Shown here: positions 44,584-53,805 of the stretch, piece after piece | How positions within the stretch are numbered: the first letter of the stretch is position 1 | Layout: the number at the start of each line of letters is the position of its first letter | Source of the DNA: Thermoanaerobaculia bacterium | GTDB lineage: Bacteria > Acidobacteriota > Thermoanaerobaculia > Gp7-AA8 | DNA length: 64,000 nucleotides | Assembly (NCBI GenBank): GCA_036385045.1 | Contig: DASVLC010000022.1 | Location: 4,034-68,033, forward strand | Direction: 5' to 3' | The notes under the pieces: generated by a model | Databases searched by the model: none | What the model was told of the DNA's origin: nothing | What the model saw: only the letters and a program-made list of their open reading frames with translations | Translations under genes and position numbers: made by a program

Positions 44584-46989
44584 TCAGCTGTTGCCGCTTT
44601 CGCCGCCGCCGCCCTCACCGCCACCTTCGCTACGCGGGGGACGTTCGCCACCTCCGGAAGGGGCGCCTCCCTCGCGGCGAGGGCCACGGTCGCCGCCTTC
44701 ACGGCGAGGGCCACGATCACCGCTATCACGACGCGGGCCGCGGTCACGATCACCGCCACGGAATCCACCGCCGCCACCACCATCACGACGCGGACCACGA
44801 TCGCGGTCTCCGCCGCGGAATCCACCACCGCCGCCGCCACCTTCGCGGGGACCGCGGGGTCCGCGGGACTCACGCTCACGCGAGGCTGCCAGTTCTTCCT
44901 CGGTCGGAGGCGGAAGCAGAGGCTTGCGCGAGAGACGGATCTTGCCGCTGTCCGGCTCGATGCCGACGACCTGAACCTCGACCTCGTCGCCGAGTTGGAG
45001 GATGTCCGTGACCTGACCTACGCGGGAGTGTGCCATCTCCGAGATGTGCAGCAGGCCGTCCTGGCCGGGCAGAATCTCGACGAAGGCTCCGTACGGCTCG
45101 ATGCGCTTGACGGTTCCTTTGTAGTTGGTTCCAACATCCGCCGAGGCGGTGAGGCCTTTGATGATCTCGATGGCGCGCTCGGCCGACTTCACATCGGTCG
45201 ATGCGATCGTCACCTTGCCGTCGTCAGCCACGTCGACCTTCGTCCCGGTCTCTTCGACGATCCAGCGGATCGTCTTGCCACCCGAGCCAATCACGTCGCG
45301 GATACGGTCCTTCGGAACCTGGATGGTGTAAAGGCGCGGTGCGTATTCGGAGAGCTCGGCCACCGGCTCGGTGATCGCCTCCTCCATCTTGTCGAGAATG
45401 TGGAGCCGTCCCGCCTTCGCCTGCTCGAGAGCCTGCCCCATGACCTCGCGGGAAACGCCGCTCACCTTGATATCCATCTGCAGCGCGGTGATTCCCTTGC
45501 GGCTGCCGGCGACCTTGAAGTCCATGTCGCCTTCGTGGTCTTCCATACCGGCGATGTCACTCAGCACGGCAGCCCTGCCCGCTTCATCAGTGACCAGTCC
45601 CATCGCGATTCCACTGACCGCGGAACGAAGTGGTACACCGGCCTGCATCATCGCGAGAGATCCGCCGCAGACTGACGCCATTGACGACGATCCATTCGAC
45701 TCGAGGATGTCCGAGACGATGCGGATCGTATAGGCGAACTCGTCCTCAGAGGGAAGCAGCGGGGCGAGTGCGCGGCGCGCGAGATTTCCGTGTCCGATCT
45801 CGCGGCGCGCCGGTCCGCGGAGGAACTTCACTTCGCCCACGGAGAACGGCGGGAAGTTGTAGTGCAGCATGAAGCGCTGGAACGTCTCCCCTTCGAAATC
45901 CTCAATCTTCTGAGCTTCCTGGGGCGTGCCGAGAGTAACCGTGACGAGCGCCTGCGTCTCGCCGCGGGTGAAGACAGCGGAACCGTGGGTACGGGGAAGC
46001 ACCCCGAGGTCGACCGTGATCTGGCGGATCTCGTCGAAGCGGCGTCCGTCGACACGCACGTTCTCGTTGAGAACGACATTGCGGAAGACGCGCACTTCCA
46101 TTTCGCCGAACGCAGCCTGCACCGCGCCGAGCTTCTCGATGTCGTCCGCGGGAACACTTTCGACAATCTGCTTCTTGAGCTGCTTGATTGCGGCATAGCG
46201 CTCATGCTTGCCGGTGGTCAGCATCGCGGTGCGAAGCGCATCACCGTGCTGGTTCATCAGCTCATTCAGCAGTTCGTCGGTGAACTTCGGGGTGAACTCG
46301 ACCTTCAGCTTTTCCTTGTTCACGTCACCGCGGAGCTGCTTCTGCATGTCGACGATGCGACGGATCTCGGCGTGCGCAGCGTCGAAAGCGTCGAGAATTA
46401 CCGACTCATCGACCTCACGCGCACCCGCCTCGACCATCACGATCGCGCTCTCGGTACCGGCGACGATGAGGTCGAGATCCGACAGGTCTCGCTGTGCATT
46501 GGTCGGGTTGATGACGATCTCACCATCGACATAGCCGACGCGTACCGCACCGATTGGGTTGTGGAAGGGGATCTCGGAGATCACGAGAGCCGTCGAAGCA
46601 CCGTTGATCGCCATGATGTCGGGGTCGTTCTCCCCGTCAGCTGACAGCACCAGCGCGATGACTTGCGTCTCCTGCCTGTAGCCTTTCTGGAAGGAGGGGC
46701 GGAGCGGACGGTCGATCAGGCGCGACGTCAGAATCTCCTTCTCCGTCGGTCGTCCTTCGCGCTTGAAGAAGCCGCCCGGGATGCGGCCGCCGGCATAGGT
46801 GTACTCCTTGTAGTCGACCGTGAGCGGCATGAAGTCGCCAATCACGTTGCCATCTTTGTAGCAGGCAGTTGCGAGAACCACGGTATCGCCATAGCGGACG
46901 ACGCATGCGCCGTGTGCCTGCTTGGCGAGCACACCAGTCTCGAGCGAGAGCGTTTTCCCGCCGATCTGCATTTCACGTTTGAAGCTCAT
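44584..46989 (-). CDS. pnp: Polyribonucleotide nucleotidyltransferase (PNPase) with a C-terminal RGG-repeat extension
   Basis: Two RNase PH domains, KH (IGSGGKTIR), S1 (GTVKRIEPYGAFVEILPGQDGLLHISE), then about 100 aa of GGGGGGFRGGDRDRGPRRD repeats. Start at ATG 46989 (MSFKREMQIGG). Confidence 0.95.
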   Translation of the reverse strand: MSFKREMQIGGKTLSLETGVLAKQAHGACVVRYGDTVVLATACYKDGNVIGDFMPLTVDYKEYTYAGGRIPGGFFKREGRPTEKEILTSRLIDRPLRPSFQKGYRQETQVIALVLSADGENDPDIMAINGASTALVISEIPFHNPIGAVRVGYVDGEIVINPTNAQRDLSDLDLIVAGTESAIVMVEAGAREVDESVILDAFDAAHAEIRRIVDMQKQLRGDVNKEKLKVEFTPKFTDELLNELMNQHGDALRTAMLTTGKHERYAAIKQLKKQIVESVPADDIEKLGAVQAAFGEMEVRVFRNVVLNENVRVDGRRFDEIRQITVDLGVLPRTHGSAVFTRGETQALVTVTLGTPQEAQKIEDFEGETFQRFMLHYNFPPFSVGEVKFLRGPARREIGHGNLARRALAPLLPSEDEFAYTIRIVSDILESNGSSSMASVCGGSLAMMQAGVPLRSAVSGIAMGLVTDEAGRAAVLSDIAGMEDHEGDMDFKVAGSRKGITALQMDIKVSGVSREVMGQALEQAKAGRLHILDKMEEAITEPVAELSEYAPRLYTIQVPKDRIRDVIGSGGKTIRWIVEETGTKVDVADDGKVTIASTDVKSAERAIEIIKGLTASADVGTNYKGTVKRIEPYGAFVEILPGQDGLLHISEMAHSRVGQVTDILQLGDEVEVQVVGIEPDSGKIRLSRKPLLPPPTEEELAASRERESRGPRGPREGGGGGGGFRGGDRDRGPRRDGGGGGGFRGGDRDRGPRRDSGDRGPRREGGDRGPRREGGAPSGGGERPPRSEGGGEGGGGESGNS

Positions 46990-47142
46990 TGTTTCCCTTC
47001 GTGGTCGCGAGGCCACTCATCACCTCGCGCGTCTTGGTTGGTCGCTTGGGCCGAACGATGGGATCCGGCCGAGGGAGTTCGTGCAGGGTTTACGCCCGCA
47101 CCGGTGAGCGGACGTTTGTGGTCCGCGAGGGGCAGAAACAGG

Positions 47143-47168
47143 AAGGACAGGCCCGCAGGCCTGTCCTT
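47143..47168 (-). terminator. rpsO terminator / pnp leader hairpin
   Basis: aaggacaggc...gcctgtcctt 10-bp stem, 14 nt after the rpsO stop. The U-tract is weak (ccuguuucug). Confidence 0.45.
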
Positions 47169-47181
47169 CGGTGGGTTCGCG

Positions 47182-47451
47182 TTACTTACGGATGCCGAGC
47201 TTCTCGATGACCGTCCGGTAGCGCTCCACGCTGGTCTTCTTGAGGTAGTCAAGAAGTCTGCGGCGCCGCCCGACGAGCTTCAGGAGACCGCGGCGCGAGT
47301 GATGATCCTTCGCGTGGGTCTTGAAGTGCTCGGTGAGGTAGGTAATGCGGTTCGAGAGGAGTGCAATCTGCACTTCTGGCGACCCGGTATCGGCGTCATG
47401 AACCCGATACTGGTTGACGAGGTCCGTCTTCTGCTGCTTCGTGGTGGACAA
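47182..47451 (-). CDS. rpsO: 30S ribosomal protein S15
   Basis: 89 aa. [53 protein letters not shown] start behind AAGGAGA. Confidence 0.95.
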   Translation of the reverse strand: MSTTKQQKTDLVNQYRVHDADTGSPEVQIALLSNRITYLTEHFKTHAKDHHSRRGLLKLVGRRRRLLDYLKKTSVERYRTVIEKLGIRK

Positions 47452-47612
47452 AATCCAATCTCCTTAATCAGTTACCCGCTGCTTTGATACACGTATCTCA
47501 TTCAAAGCGCGCCACGATAACAGCGGGAGAAGGGGAAATCAATCCCGCATGGCTCGCCCCACCCTTCACGTGCGGCGGAGTTCGCCAAAGCTTCACCTTT
47601 CGGGCGCTGTGA

Positions 47613-48542
47613 TCATCCGGCGAGGACGACCTTCGGCTTCACTTCCACCGGCCCCCCTTCCCTCAGGACCTTGACGACCTCGGCAATCGCAATCAGCTGA
47701 TCGTGAGGATTCCCCAGCGCCAGCAGATCGGTGAGGCCGACCGGCGACGACGGCACCATGATGATCGACTGCCCCTGCATCAGCTTCCCCTGCTGCGCCC
47801 AGTCGATCCGGAACTTCGGCAACGGGAGATCGATGTCGGCCAGGGTCTGGAAGTGCGGTGGTGCGAGGATGACGTCCGGGCCGCCCTCGGCCATCCGGTC
47901 GAACGGAATCGCCTCCGCGACATCGAAGCTTCCGATCTTCGTACGCCGAAGTTCGAGGAGATGAGCAGGAACGCCGAGGGCTGCGCCAAGGTCGTGTGCG
48001 AGCGAGCGCATGTAAGTGCCGGACGACGAACGAGCCCGGAAGCGGAGCCTCGAACCATCGACTGACACGACGTCCAACTCGTAAATCGTGACTCGCTTCG
48101 GCTGCAGCTTCACTTCCTCGCCGCGGCGCGCGAGCTCGTAAGCTCTCGTTCCGTCGATCTTCTTGGCGGAGAAGGCGGGAGGCATCTGCTCGATCTCACC
48201 GCGGAAGCGAGCCAGGAACGGCTCGAAATCGACTCCGCTCACGTCATGCTCGATCGCGTCTCCAGCAGGAACCCCGGTAGAGTCGTACGAGTCGGTTGCC
48301 CATCCGAACTGGATGACCCCTTCGTAGGTCTTGTCCATTCCCATGAGATAGGCCTGAAGTCGTGTCGTCTTACCGACGCAGAGCACCAGCAGTCCCGTTG
48401 CGAAGGGATCCAGCGTCCCGGTATGTCCAGCCTTCTTGACCTTCGCCCTGCGGCGAAAGCGGTCGACGACGTCGTGAGAGGTGATGCCTGGCTTCTTGTC
48501 GACCAGCAGGAGGCCGTCGGGAGATCTCGGTGGGTTCATCAA
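47613..48542 (-). CDS. truB: tRNA pseudouridine(55) synthase
   Basis: GHTGTLDPFATGLLVLCVGKTTRL catalytic Asp motif, plus a C-terminal PUA-like region. Confidence 0.95.
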   Translation of the reverse strand: MMNPPRSPDGLLLVDKKPGITSHDVVDRFRRRAKVKKAGHTGTLDPFATGLLVLCVGKTTRLQAYLMGMDKTYEGVIQFGWATDSYDSTGVPAGDAIEHDVSGVDFEPFLARFRGEIEQMPPAFSAKKIDGTRAYELARRGEEVKLQPKRVTIYELDVVSVDGSRLRFRARSSSGTYMRSLAHDLGAALGVPAHLLELRRTKIGSFDVAEAIPFDRMAEGGPDVILAPPHFQTLADIDLPLPKFRIDWAQQGKLMQGQSIIMVPSSPVGLTDLLALGNPHDQLIAIAEVVKVLREGGPVEVKPKVVLAG

Positions 48543-48633
48543 TGTGGGGGCTCGTTTGTCATTCGTTGGTTGTCAGAGGGCGATATATCACGGGGGTATT
48601 CGCGCTGATTCAGTCTGCGTTTCATTTCGTTAA

Positions 48634-48741
48634 GGCTGTCATCCCGAGCGTAGCGAGGGATCTGGCGGATGGGCGGTGCCATTCACGTGCATCGCACCGC
48701 CCGCCCACCCAGATCCTCACGTTACGCTCAGGATGACAGCC
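48634..48741. repeat. 108-bp palindromic element with GTCATCCCGAGCGTAGCGAGGGATC arms
   Basis: ggctgtcatcccgagcgtagcgagggatctgg against the reverse complement of ccagatcctcacgttacgctcaggatgacagcc. Central hairpin gggcggtgc...gcaccgccc. Confidence 0.85.
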
Positions 48742-48749
48742 GCCGATAA

Positions 48750-48929
48750 GCAGCGCCGTGGGCGCGATTGACTTCAGCCCAGGACGGAGTCCTGGGAGAA
48801 CGTCCAATCAGAAACAGTCCCGTGGGGACGATTGATGACGAAGCCTCAATCGTCCCTACGGGACTATCACTCGATCAAGCTGCCCGGGACTGCGTCCTGG
48901 GCTGAGCTCAATCGCGCCTACGGCGCTAC
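48750..48929. repeat. 180-bp nested palindromic element (same family as 36654..36831)
   Basis: Shares gcgcgattga...cccaggac..gtcctggg...gtcccgt/acgggac...tcaatcgcgcctacggcgctac. Its right end overlaps the nrnA stop codon. Confidence 0.85.
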
Positions 48930-49912
48930 CCGCCCACCACCTTCTCAAGAATCTCGAGCACTTTCGCCTTCGCGGCGACCAGGCCGAGCGGAATCGTGCA
49001 TCCGGAGGCCGCCGCGTGGCCACCGCCACCGAACATTGCGGCGACCTGCTGGACGTCGACGCCCGGCTTCGCTCGCAGCGAAACTCGGGTTGCGCCGTCT
49101 TCCCCTTCCTTGAGCAGCACCGAGACGAGGACGCCGTCGATGTTCCGGCCGTAATTGACGATTCCCTCCGTGTCCTCTGGTGTCGCTTCAGCCTTCACGA
49201 AGAACTGCCGTGGAAGCTCCGTCGTGGCGATCTTCGCGTCGGCATGAAGCTCGAGGGTTGTCAGTGCGAGGCCCAGCAGACGGATCGATCCGGCGGTCAC
49301 ACTCTCATTGATCCAGAGGGAAACGTCGCCGGGAACGACTCCGTGCCGGACAAGCTCTTCGGCCGCCTCGAAGGTCCGCAGCGTGGTGTTGTGATAGCGG
49401 AAGAAGCCGGTGTCGGTAGCGAGCGATACGTACATCGCAATAGCGATGTCACGGTCGAGCTCGAGGTGGAGATGATGCCGGTTGAGCTGCAGGATCATCT
49501 CTCCCACCGACGGTGCTTCGACATCGAGATAGTTGACCTCTCCGTACATCGTATTGCCGAGGTGGTGATCGATGTTGACGACCGGTCCCGGTAGTAGCGA
49601 ATAGCCTGTGCGCTCGACCTCCGGACATTCCATCGTAAAGACGGCGTCGTAAGCCTGCGGGTAGTCCCCCGGCAGATTGTCGGCAATCCTGACCTGGTCG
49701 GCCCCGGGGATGTTGTAGAGCGGCTGTCCGAAGCCGTCGCGAACTACGACGCGAGCCTGCTTCCCCATCTTGCGGATCAGCCCCTGGAGAGCGATGCCGC
49801 TGCCGAGAGCGTCGCCGTCAGGATTGCGATGACCCGTGATCAGAAAATTCTGCCCGGCGTGGATCCTTTCGGCGACCTGGCGTGCGCCGAGGTCAGGATT
49901 CGCGTTCGGCAT
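48926..49912 (-). CDS. nrnA: DHH/DHHA1 phosphoesterase (NrnA-like oligoribonuclease/pAp phosphatase)
   Basis: ITGHRNPDGDALGS, NIDHHLGN and GGGHAAASG motifs. Start at ATG 49912 behind AGGAG. Longer starts up to 49951 are possible. Confidence 0.8.
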   Translation of the reverse strand: MPNANPDLGARQVAERIHAGQNFLITGHRNPDGDALGSGIALQGLIRKMGKQARVVVRDGFGQPLYNIPGADQVRIADNLPGDYPQAYDAVFTMECPEVERTGYSLLPGPVVNIDHHLGNTMYGEVNYLDVEAPSVGEMILQLNRHHLHLELDRDIAIAMYVSLATDTGFFRYHNTTLRTFEAAEELVRHGVVPGDVSLWINESVTAGSIRLLGLALTTLELHADAKIATTELPRQFFVKAEATPEDTEGIVNYGRNIDGVLVSVLLKEGEDGATRVSLRAKPGVDVQQVAAMFGGGGHAAASGCTIPLGLVAAKAKVLEILEKVVGG

Positions 49913-50330
49913 CGTCAGCTCCTGAATCATCGGTGTTCGAATCGACAGCATTCAAGCCGTCCGGATCGAGATGCTCATTCTCCGGATTGGGTGGAATGAC
50001 ATCGCGCAGCAGCGTTTCGACCCGCAATGCGCGCATGGCGGTCTCGTCAAAGCGGAAGTCGAGCTCCGGCGTGTACCGCAGTTTGATCCGCTTGCCGAGA
50101 TGATGACGTACCTGCCCTGCAACCCGGCGCAACTGCTCGACCGCATCCCTGGTGTCTTCTTCCTTCAGACCCGTCATGTACACGCGCGCGTAATGGAGGT
50201 CGGGGCTCACCTCGACCTCACTGATGGATGACCATCCGATGTCGACGCCTTTGAGATCGCTCCGGAAGACCTGCACCAGCGCGTCCCGTACGTTCTCACC
50301 GACTCTCGATGTGCGTCTCGTTTTCTTCAT
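49893..50330 (-). CDS. rbfA: Ribosome-binding factor A
   Basis: RVGENVRDALVQVF...ISEVEVSPDLHYARVYM, plus its position after infB. Confidence 0.9.
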   Translation of the reverse strand: MKKTRRTSRVGENVRDALVQVFRSDLKGVDIGWSSISEVEVSPDLHYARVYMTGLKEEDTRDAVEQLRRVAGQVRHHLGKRIKLRYTPELDFRFDETAMRALRVETLLRDVIPPNPENEHLDPDGLNAVDSNTDDSGADDAERES

Positions 50331-50359
50331 TTCACTTCACTTCCAGGAGCGGCTGAGGG

Positions 50360-50665
50360 TCACAATGCCGCTTCCTCGTCAAAGTCGAGCTTCTCCGCCG
50401 TCCAGCCGGTCACCACCGCGTCGGTATTGGTCTCGACGAATCGCTGGATTGTATCGAGCAATGAGTCTGCCGAGTTGTTCGCGTCGGCGATGAAGGCAAT
50501 CGCCAGCCGCGCGCGCTGGTGAAGATCCTGAAACGCCACCTCATTGACCGCGATGTGAAAGTGGTTTCGCAGCCGTTCCCGCAGAGACTTGACGACGGCA
50601 CGCTTCTCCTTGAGCGACTGGGCGTGCTCGATGTGAAGCTCGAATAGTGCGACGGCAACGATCAT
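50360..50665 (-). CDS. DUF503 (YlxP-like) protein
   Basis: MIVAVALFELHIEHAQSLKEKRAVVKSLRERL matches the DUF503 pattern. Conserved position between infB and rbfA. Confidence 0.8.
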   Translation of the reverse strand: MIVAVALFELHIEHAQSLKEKRAVVKSLRERLRNHFHIAVNEVAFQDLHQRARLAIAFIADANNSADSLLDTIQRFVETNTDAVVTGWTAEKLDFDEEAAL

Positions 50666-50777
50666 GGGAGGCAGGGCCAAGGGCCGAGGGGCATGGGACA
50701 AGAGGCTGTGGCGAGGGCGACGAATCTGGCCCTGCTTCTCCCCCTCGGCCCTCGGCCTTCTCCCCTCGGCTCTTCTA
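50666..50777. repeat. GGGCCGAGGG/CCCTCGGCCC hairpin element that exactly fills the infB-DUF503 spacer
   Basis: Left arm gggaggcagggccaagggccgagggg. Right arm ctccccctcggccctcggccttctcccctcggctcttcta. Same family as 60050..60203. Confidence 0.8.
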
Positions 50778-53714
50778 CGCCAACACCGCGGCCATCTTCT
50801 CGGTCTTGAAGGCTTCGATCACATCGCCGACTTTGACGTCCTGAAACTTCTCGATGCCGATGCCGCATTCGAAGCCCTGGCGCACTTCAGCGACGTCGTT
50901 CTTGAAGTGACGCAGCGAGCCGATCTTCCCCTCGAGGATGACGCGATTGTCTCGCAGGAGCCGGATGTTCGCGGTCCGCGGGATCACCCCTTCGGTCACC
51001 ATGCAGCCGGCGATGAGTCCGATCTTCGGCACCTTGAAGGTGTCGCGGACCTGCGCCCGTCCCTGGAAGACTTCCTGGAACTTCGGATCGAGCAGTCCGA
51101 CCATCGCCGCTCTGATCTCGTCGACCAGGTTGTAGATGACCGTGTACATCCGGATATCGACGCCTTCCTTCTCGGCGAGATCCTGAGCGTTGCGCTCGGG
51201 TCTGACGTTGAAGCCGACGACGATCGCATCCGAGGCGCTCGCCAGAAGAATGTCGTTGGTCGAGATTGCGCCGACCGACGTGTGGATCACGTTGACTTTG
51301 ACCTCGGCCGTCGAGAGCTTGCGAAGCGTCTCGGTCAGCACTTCGACCGAGCCCTGCACATCCGCCTTGACGATCAGATTGAGATCTTTGATCGCGCCCG
51401 CCTGCATCCGCTGGAAGAGCTGATCGAGCGACATCCGGCTGGCCTTCGTCTGAGCGGCCTCACGCGCCTTCTCCTGACGGAGCTGACCGATCATCCGCGC
51501 CTGCGTGTCGTCATCGACGACCGCGATCACGTCGCCTGCCTTCGGAACGTCCTCGAAGCCGGTGACCTGTACCGGCGTCGCAGGTCCTGCTTCCTTGATT
51601 CGCTGCCCCCGTTCGTCGGTGAGAGCACGGACCCGTCCGAATGTCGAACCGGAGAAGTACGGATCGCCAACCTTCAGAGTGCCGTCCTGAATCAGGATCG
51701 TCGCCACGATGCCGCGTCCCGCATCCTTCTTGGCCTCGAGCACGACGCCTTTGGCCTGCTGCGCCGGGTTTGCCTTCAGGTCGAGCATGTCGGCCGTGAG
51801 CAGAATCATGTCGAGCAGGTCGTCGATCCCCTGCTTCTTGATCGCCGAGACTTCGACCGAGACCACGTCGCCACCCCACTGCTCGACGAGCACGTTGAAA
51901 TCGGCAAGCTCGCGACGGACGCGTTCGACGTTGGCGTTCGGTTTGTCCACCTTGTTGATCGCGACGATCATCGGGACCTTCGCCGCGCGGGCGTGATCGA
52001 TCGCTTCCCGCGTCTGCGGCATCACGCCGTCGTCAGCGGCGACCACGAGAATGACGATGTCGGTGACCTTCGCACCGCGGGCTCGCATCATCGTGAACGC
52101 CTCGTGACCAGGCGTATCGAGGAAGACGATCTTTCGTCCTCTCTTCTCCACGTGATAGGCGCCGATATGCTGCGTGATGCCTCCAGCCTCGCCGCCGGCG
52201 ACGTTGGTCTCCCGAATCGCGTCGAGCAGCGACGTCTTTCCGTGGTCGACGTGGCCCATGACGGTGATGACGGGGCCACGCGGCTCGGTTCCGACGCCTT
52301 CGTTGCGTTCCATCGCCTCGAGCTCGACAGCCTCCTCGAAAGAGACCATCTCGGCATCGATCCCCAGCTCGCGCGCTACTTCGAGCGCGAGCTCGGCACC
52401 GAGCGGCTGGTTGATCGAGGCCATGAGACCCTTCTTGAGGAAAAGGTGCTTCATCAGATCGCTGGCGCGGACATCGAGCTTCTCAGCGAGCTCCTTGACT
52501 GTCACGCCTTCGGTCAATGCGACCTTCCCGACAGGCTTCTTGAAGTCGAGAACCTTTGCGTTCGTGACCGTCTGCTTGCGAGCGTCGCGGCGGGTCGAAG
52601 CACGCTTCGTCTCTTCCTCGACGTCCGGCAGAATGATGTCCGGACCGATGTCGTCGTTGATCACCTGCGTGCCGGAGAACGGGCCCTTGGTCAGCAGCTC
52701 CTGATCGAACTCGGCCGCACGCTGGCTCTTCCCGCGCTTGCCTGTCGTCTTCTTCTTCTCGCCCGGCTCGTCGCGGCGATCTTCCGTCTTCTTGGTTCGA
52801 ATGATGTTGGTCCCGGGGCCGAGAGGTGGAGGCGCGCCCATCGGACGCGAACCCGGTCCACCCGGACGCACACCGGGGCCCCCGGTGGGGCGCATGCCGG
52901 CACCAGTTGAGGGACGCGTTCCTGGTGCGCCGGCCGGACGGTACGACGCGCCGGTCGGGCGGGCTCCCGGCGCGGATGGCCGCGCGGTGCCCGGACCGCC
53001 AGCAGAGCGAGCTGCCATTGGTGCAGAGGGGCGTGAAGGAGTCCCCGTGGGGCGTCCGGTCGGTACTGTCTGCTGACCTGCGTAGTTTGGTCTTGGTCCC
53101 TGTGGAGCGCGAGCGCGAGGCCCGGTCGGTCCGGACCGGCCTCTGGCTGCCGGGGCGTGTGTCGCCGGTGCGTGAGCCGGGGGCTGTTCTTCCGGCTCCG
53201 GCTGCGCGGCCGGCTCAGCCGCAGCGGCGGCCTGCGGCTCGGGCTGCGATTCGGGAGCGACGGGCTCTTCGACGGCGGGAGTTGCAGGCTGCGGAGCTGC
53301 AGCCGTCACCTTCGTCTTCTTGACCGCTGGCGGTGCTTCTTTAGCTGCACGCTCCTCGGCCTCGACCGCCTCGACGAACTCCGGGATGATCATCGCTGGC
53401 GGCGCAGCGGCAGGAACCGGCTCTTCCTTCGGCACCTCACGTCTGGCGCGAACTGGCGGCTGGACGATCGGCCGTGGCGGACGGACCGCTTCCTTTTTCT
53501 TGACAGGCTCCGGCTTGTCCTCGCGCATGATGACGCTCCGGGTGCGCGTGGTCAGCTTCTTGCCAGTGATGAGCGCCTGAATCACCTCGGGCTCGAGAAC
53601 CTGAGTAGGATCCGACACCTCGGCGCCGAGCGACTGCAGCCGGAAGATGATGTCCTTCTCGGACACGTTCATCCTCTTCGCAATATCGCTCACTCGAATC
53701 TTTGCTGCCGCCAT
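50775..53714 (-). CDS. infB: Translation initiation factor IF-2
   Basis: 979 aa. G-domain [20 protein letters not shown] and NKVD motifs. Long Pro/Ala/Gly-rich N-terminal region. Confidence 0.97.
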   Translation of the reverse strand: MAAAKIRVSDIAKRMNVSEKDIIFRLQSLGAEVSDPTQVLEPEVIQALITGKKLTTRTRSVIMREDKPEPVKKKEAVRPPRPIVQPPVRARREVPKEEPVPAAAPPAMIIPEFVEAVEAEERAAKEAPPAVKKTKVTAAAPQPATPAVEEPVAPESQPEPQAAAAAEPAAQPEPEEQPPAHAPATHAPAARGRSGPTGPRARAPQGPRPNYAGQQTVPTGRPTGTPSRPSAPMAARSAGGPGTARPSAPGARPTGASYRPAGAPGTRPSTGAGMRPTGGPGVRPGGPGSRPMGAPPPLGPGTNIIRTKKTEDRRDEPGEKKKTTGKRGKSQRAAEFDQELLTKGPFSGTQVINDDIGPDIILPDVEEETKRASTRRDARKQTVTNAKVLDFKKPVGKVALTEGVTVKELAEKLDVRASDLMKHLFLKKGLMASINQPLGAELALEVARELGIDAEMVSFEEAVELEAMERNEGVGTEPRGPVITVMGHVDHGKTSLLDAIRETNVAGGEAGGITQHIGAYHVEKRGRKIVFLDTPGHEAFTMMRARGAKVTDIVILVVAADDGVMPQTREAIDHARAAKVPMIVAINKVDKPNANVERVRRELADFNVLVEQWGGDVVSVEVSAIKKQGIDDLLDMILLTADMLDLKANPAQQAKGVVLEAKKDAGRGIVATILIQDGTLKVGDPYFSGSTFGRVRALTDERGQRIKEAGPATPVQVTGFEDVPKAGDVIAVVDDDTQARMIGQLRQEKAREAAQTKASRMSLDQLFQRMQAGAIKDLNLIVKADVQGSVEVLTETLRKLSTAEVKVNVIHTSVGAISTNDILLASASDAIVVGFNVRPERNAQDLAEKEGVDIRMYTVIYNLVDEIRAAMVGLLDPKFQEVFQGRAQVRDTFKVPKIGLIAGCMVTEGVIPRTANIRLLRDNRVILEGKIGSLRHFKNDVAEVRQGFECGIGIEKFQDVKVGDVIEAFKTEKMAAVLA

Positions 53715-53805
53715 TCAATCTCCTTGGAAAACGCTATCGGCTGTCTGAGCTTGGTAGCTGACGAGCTCGACAGCCCGGCAGCTCAGCAGCGTGGATCGCC
53801 GGTTC

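Noticed and set aside
44001-45675. ORFs translating to PRNSEELRGTPRNSEE... and RGG-mirror sequences (44001..45011, 44233..45675, 44279..44974, 4103..4642, 4306..4608).
   Set aside because: They are read-through translations of the decamer arrays or palindromes and of the antisense strand of the pnp tail. They are not genes.
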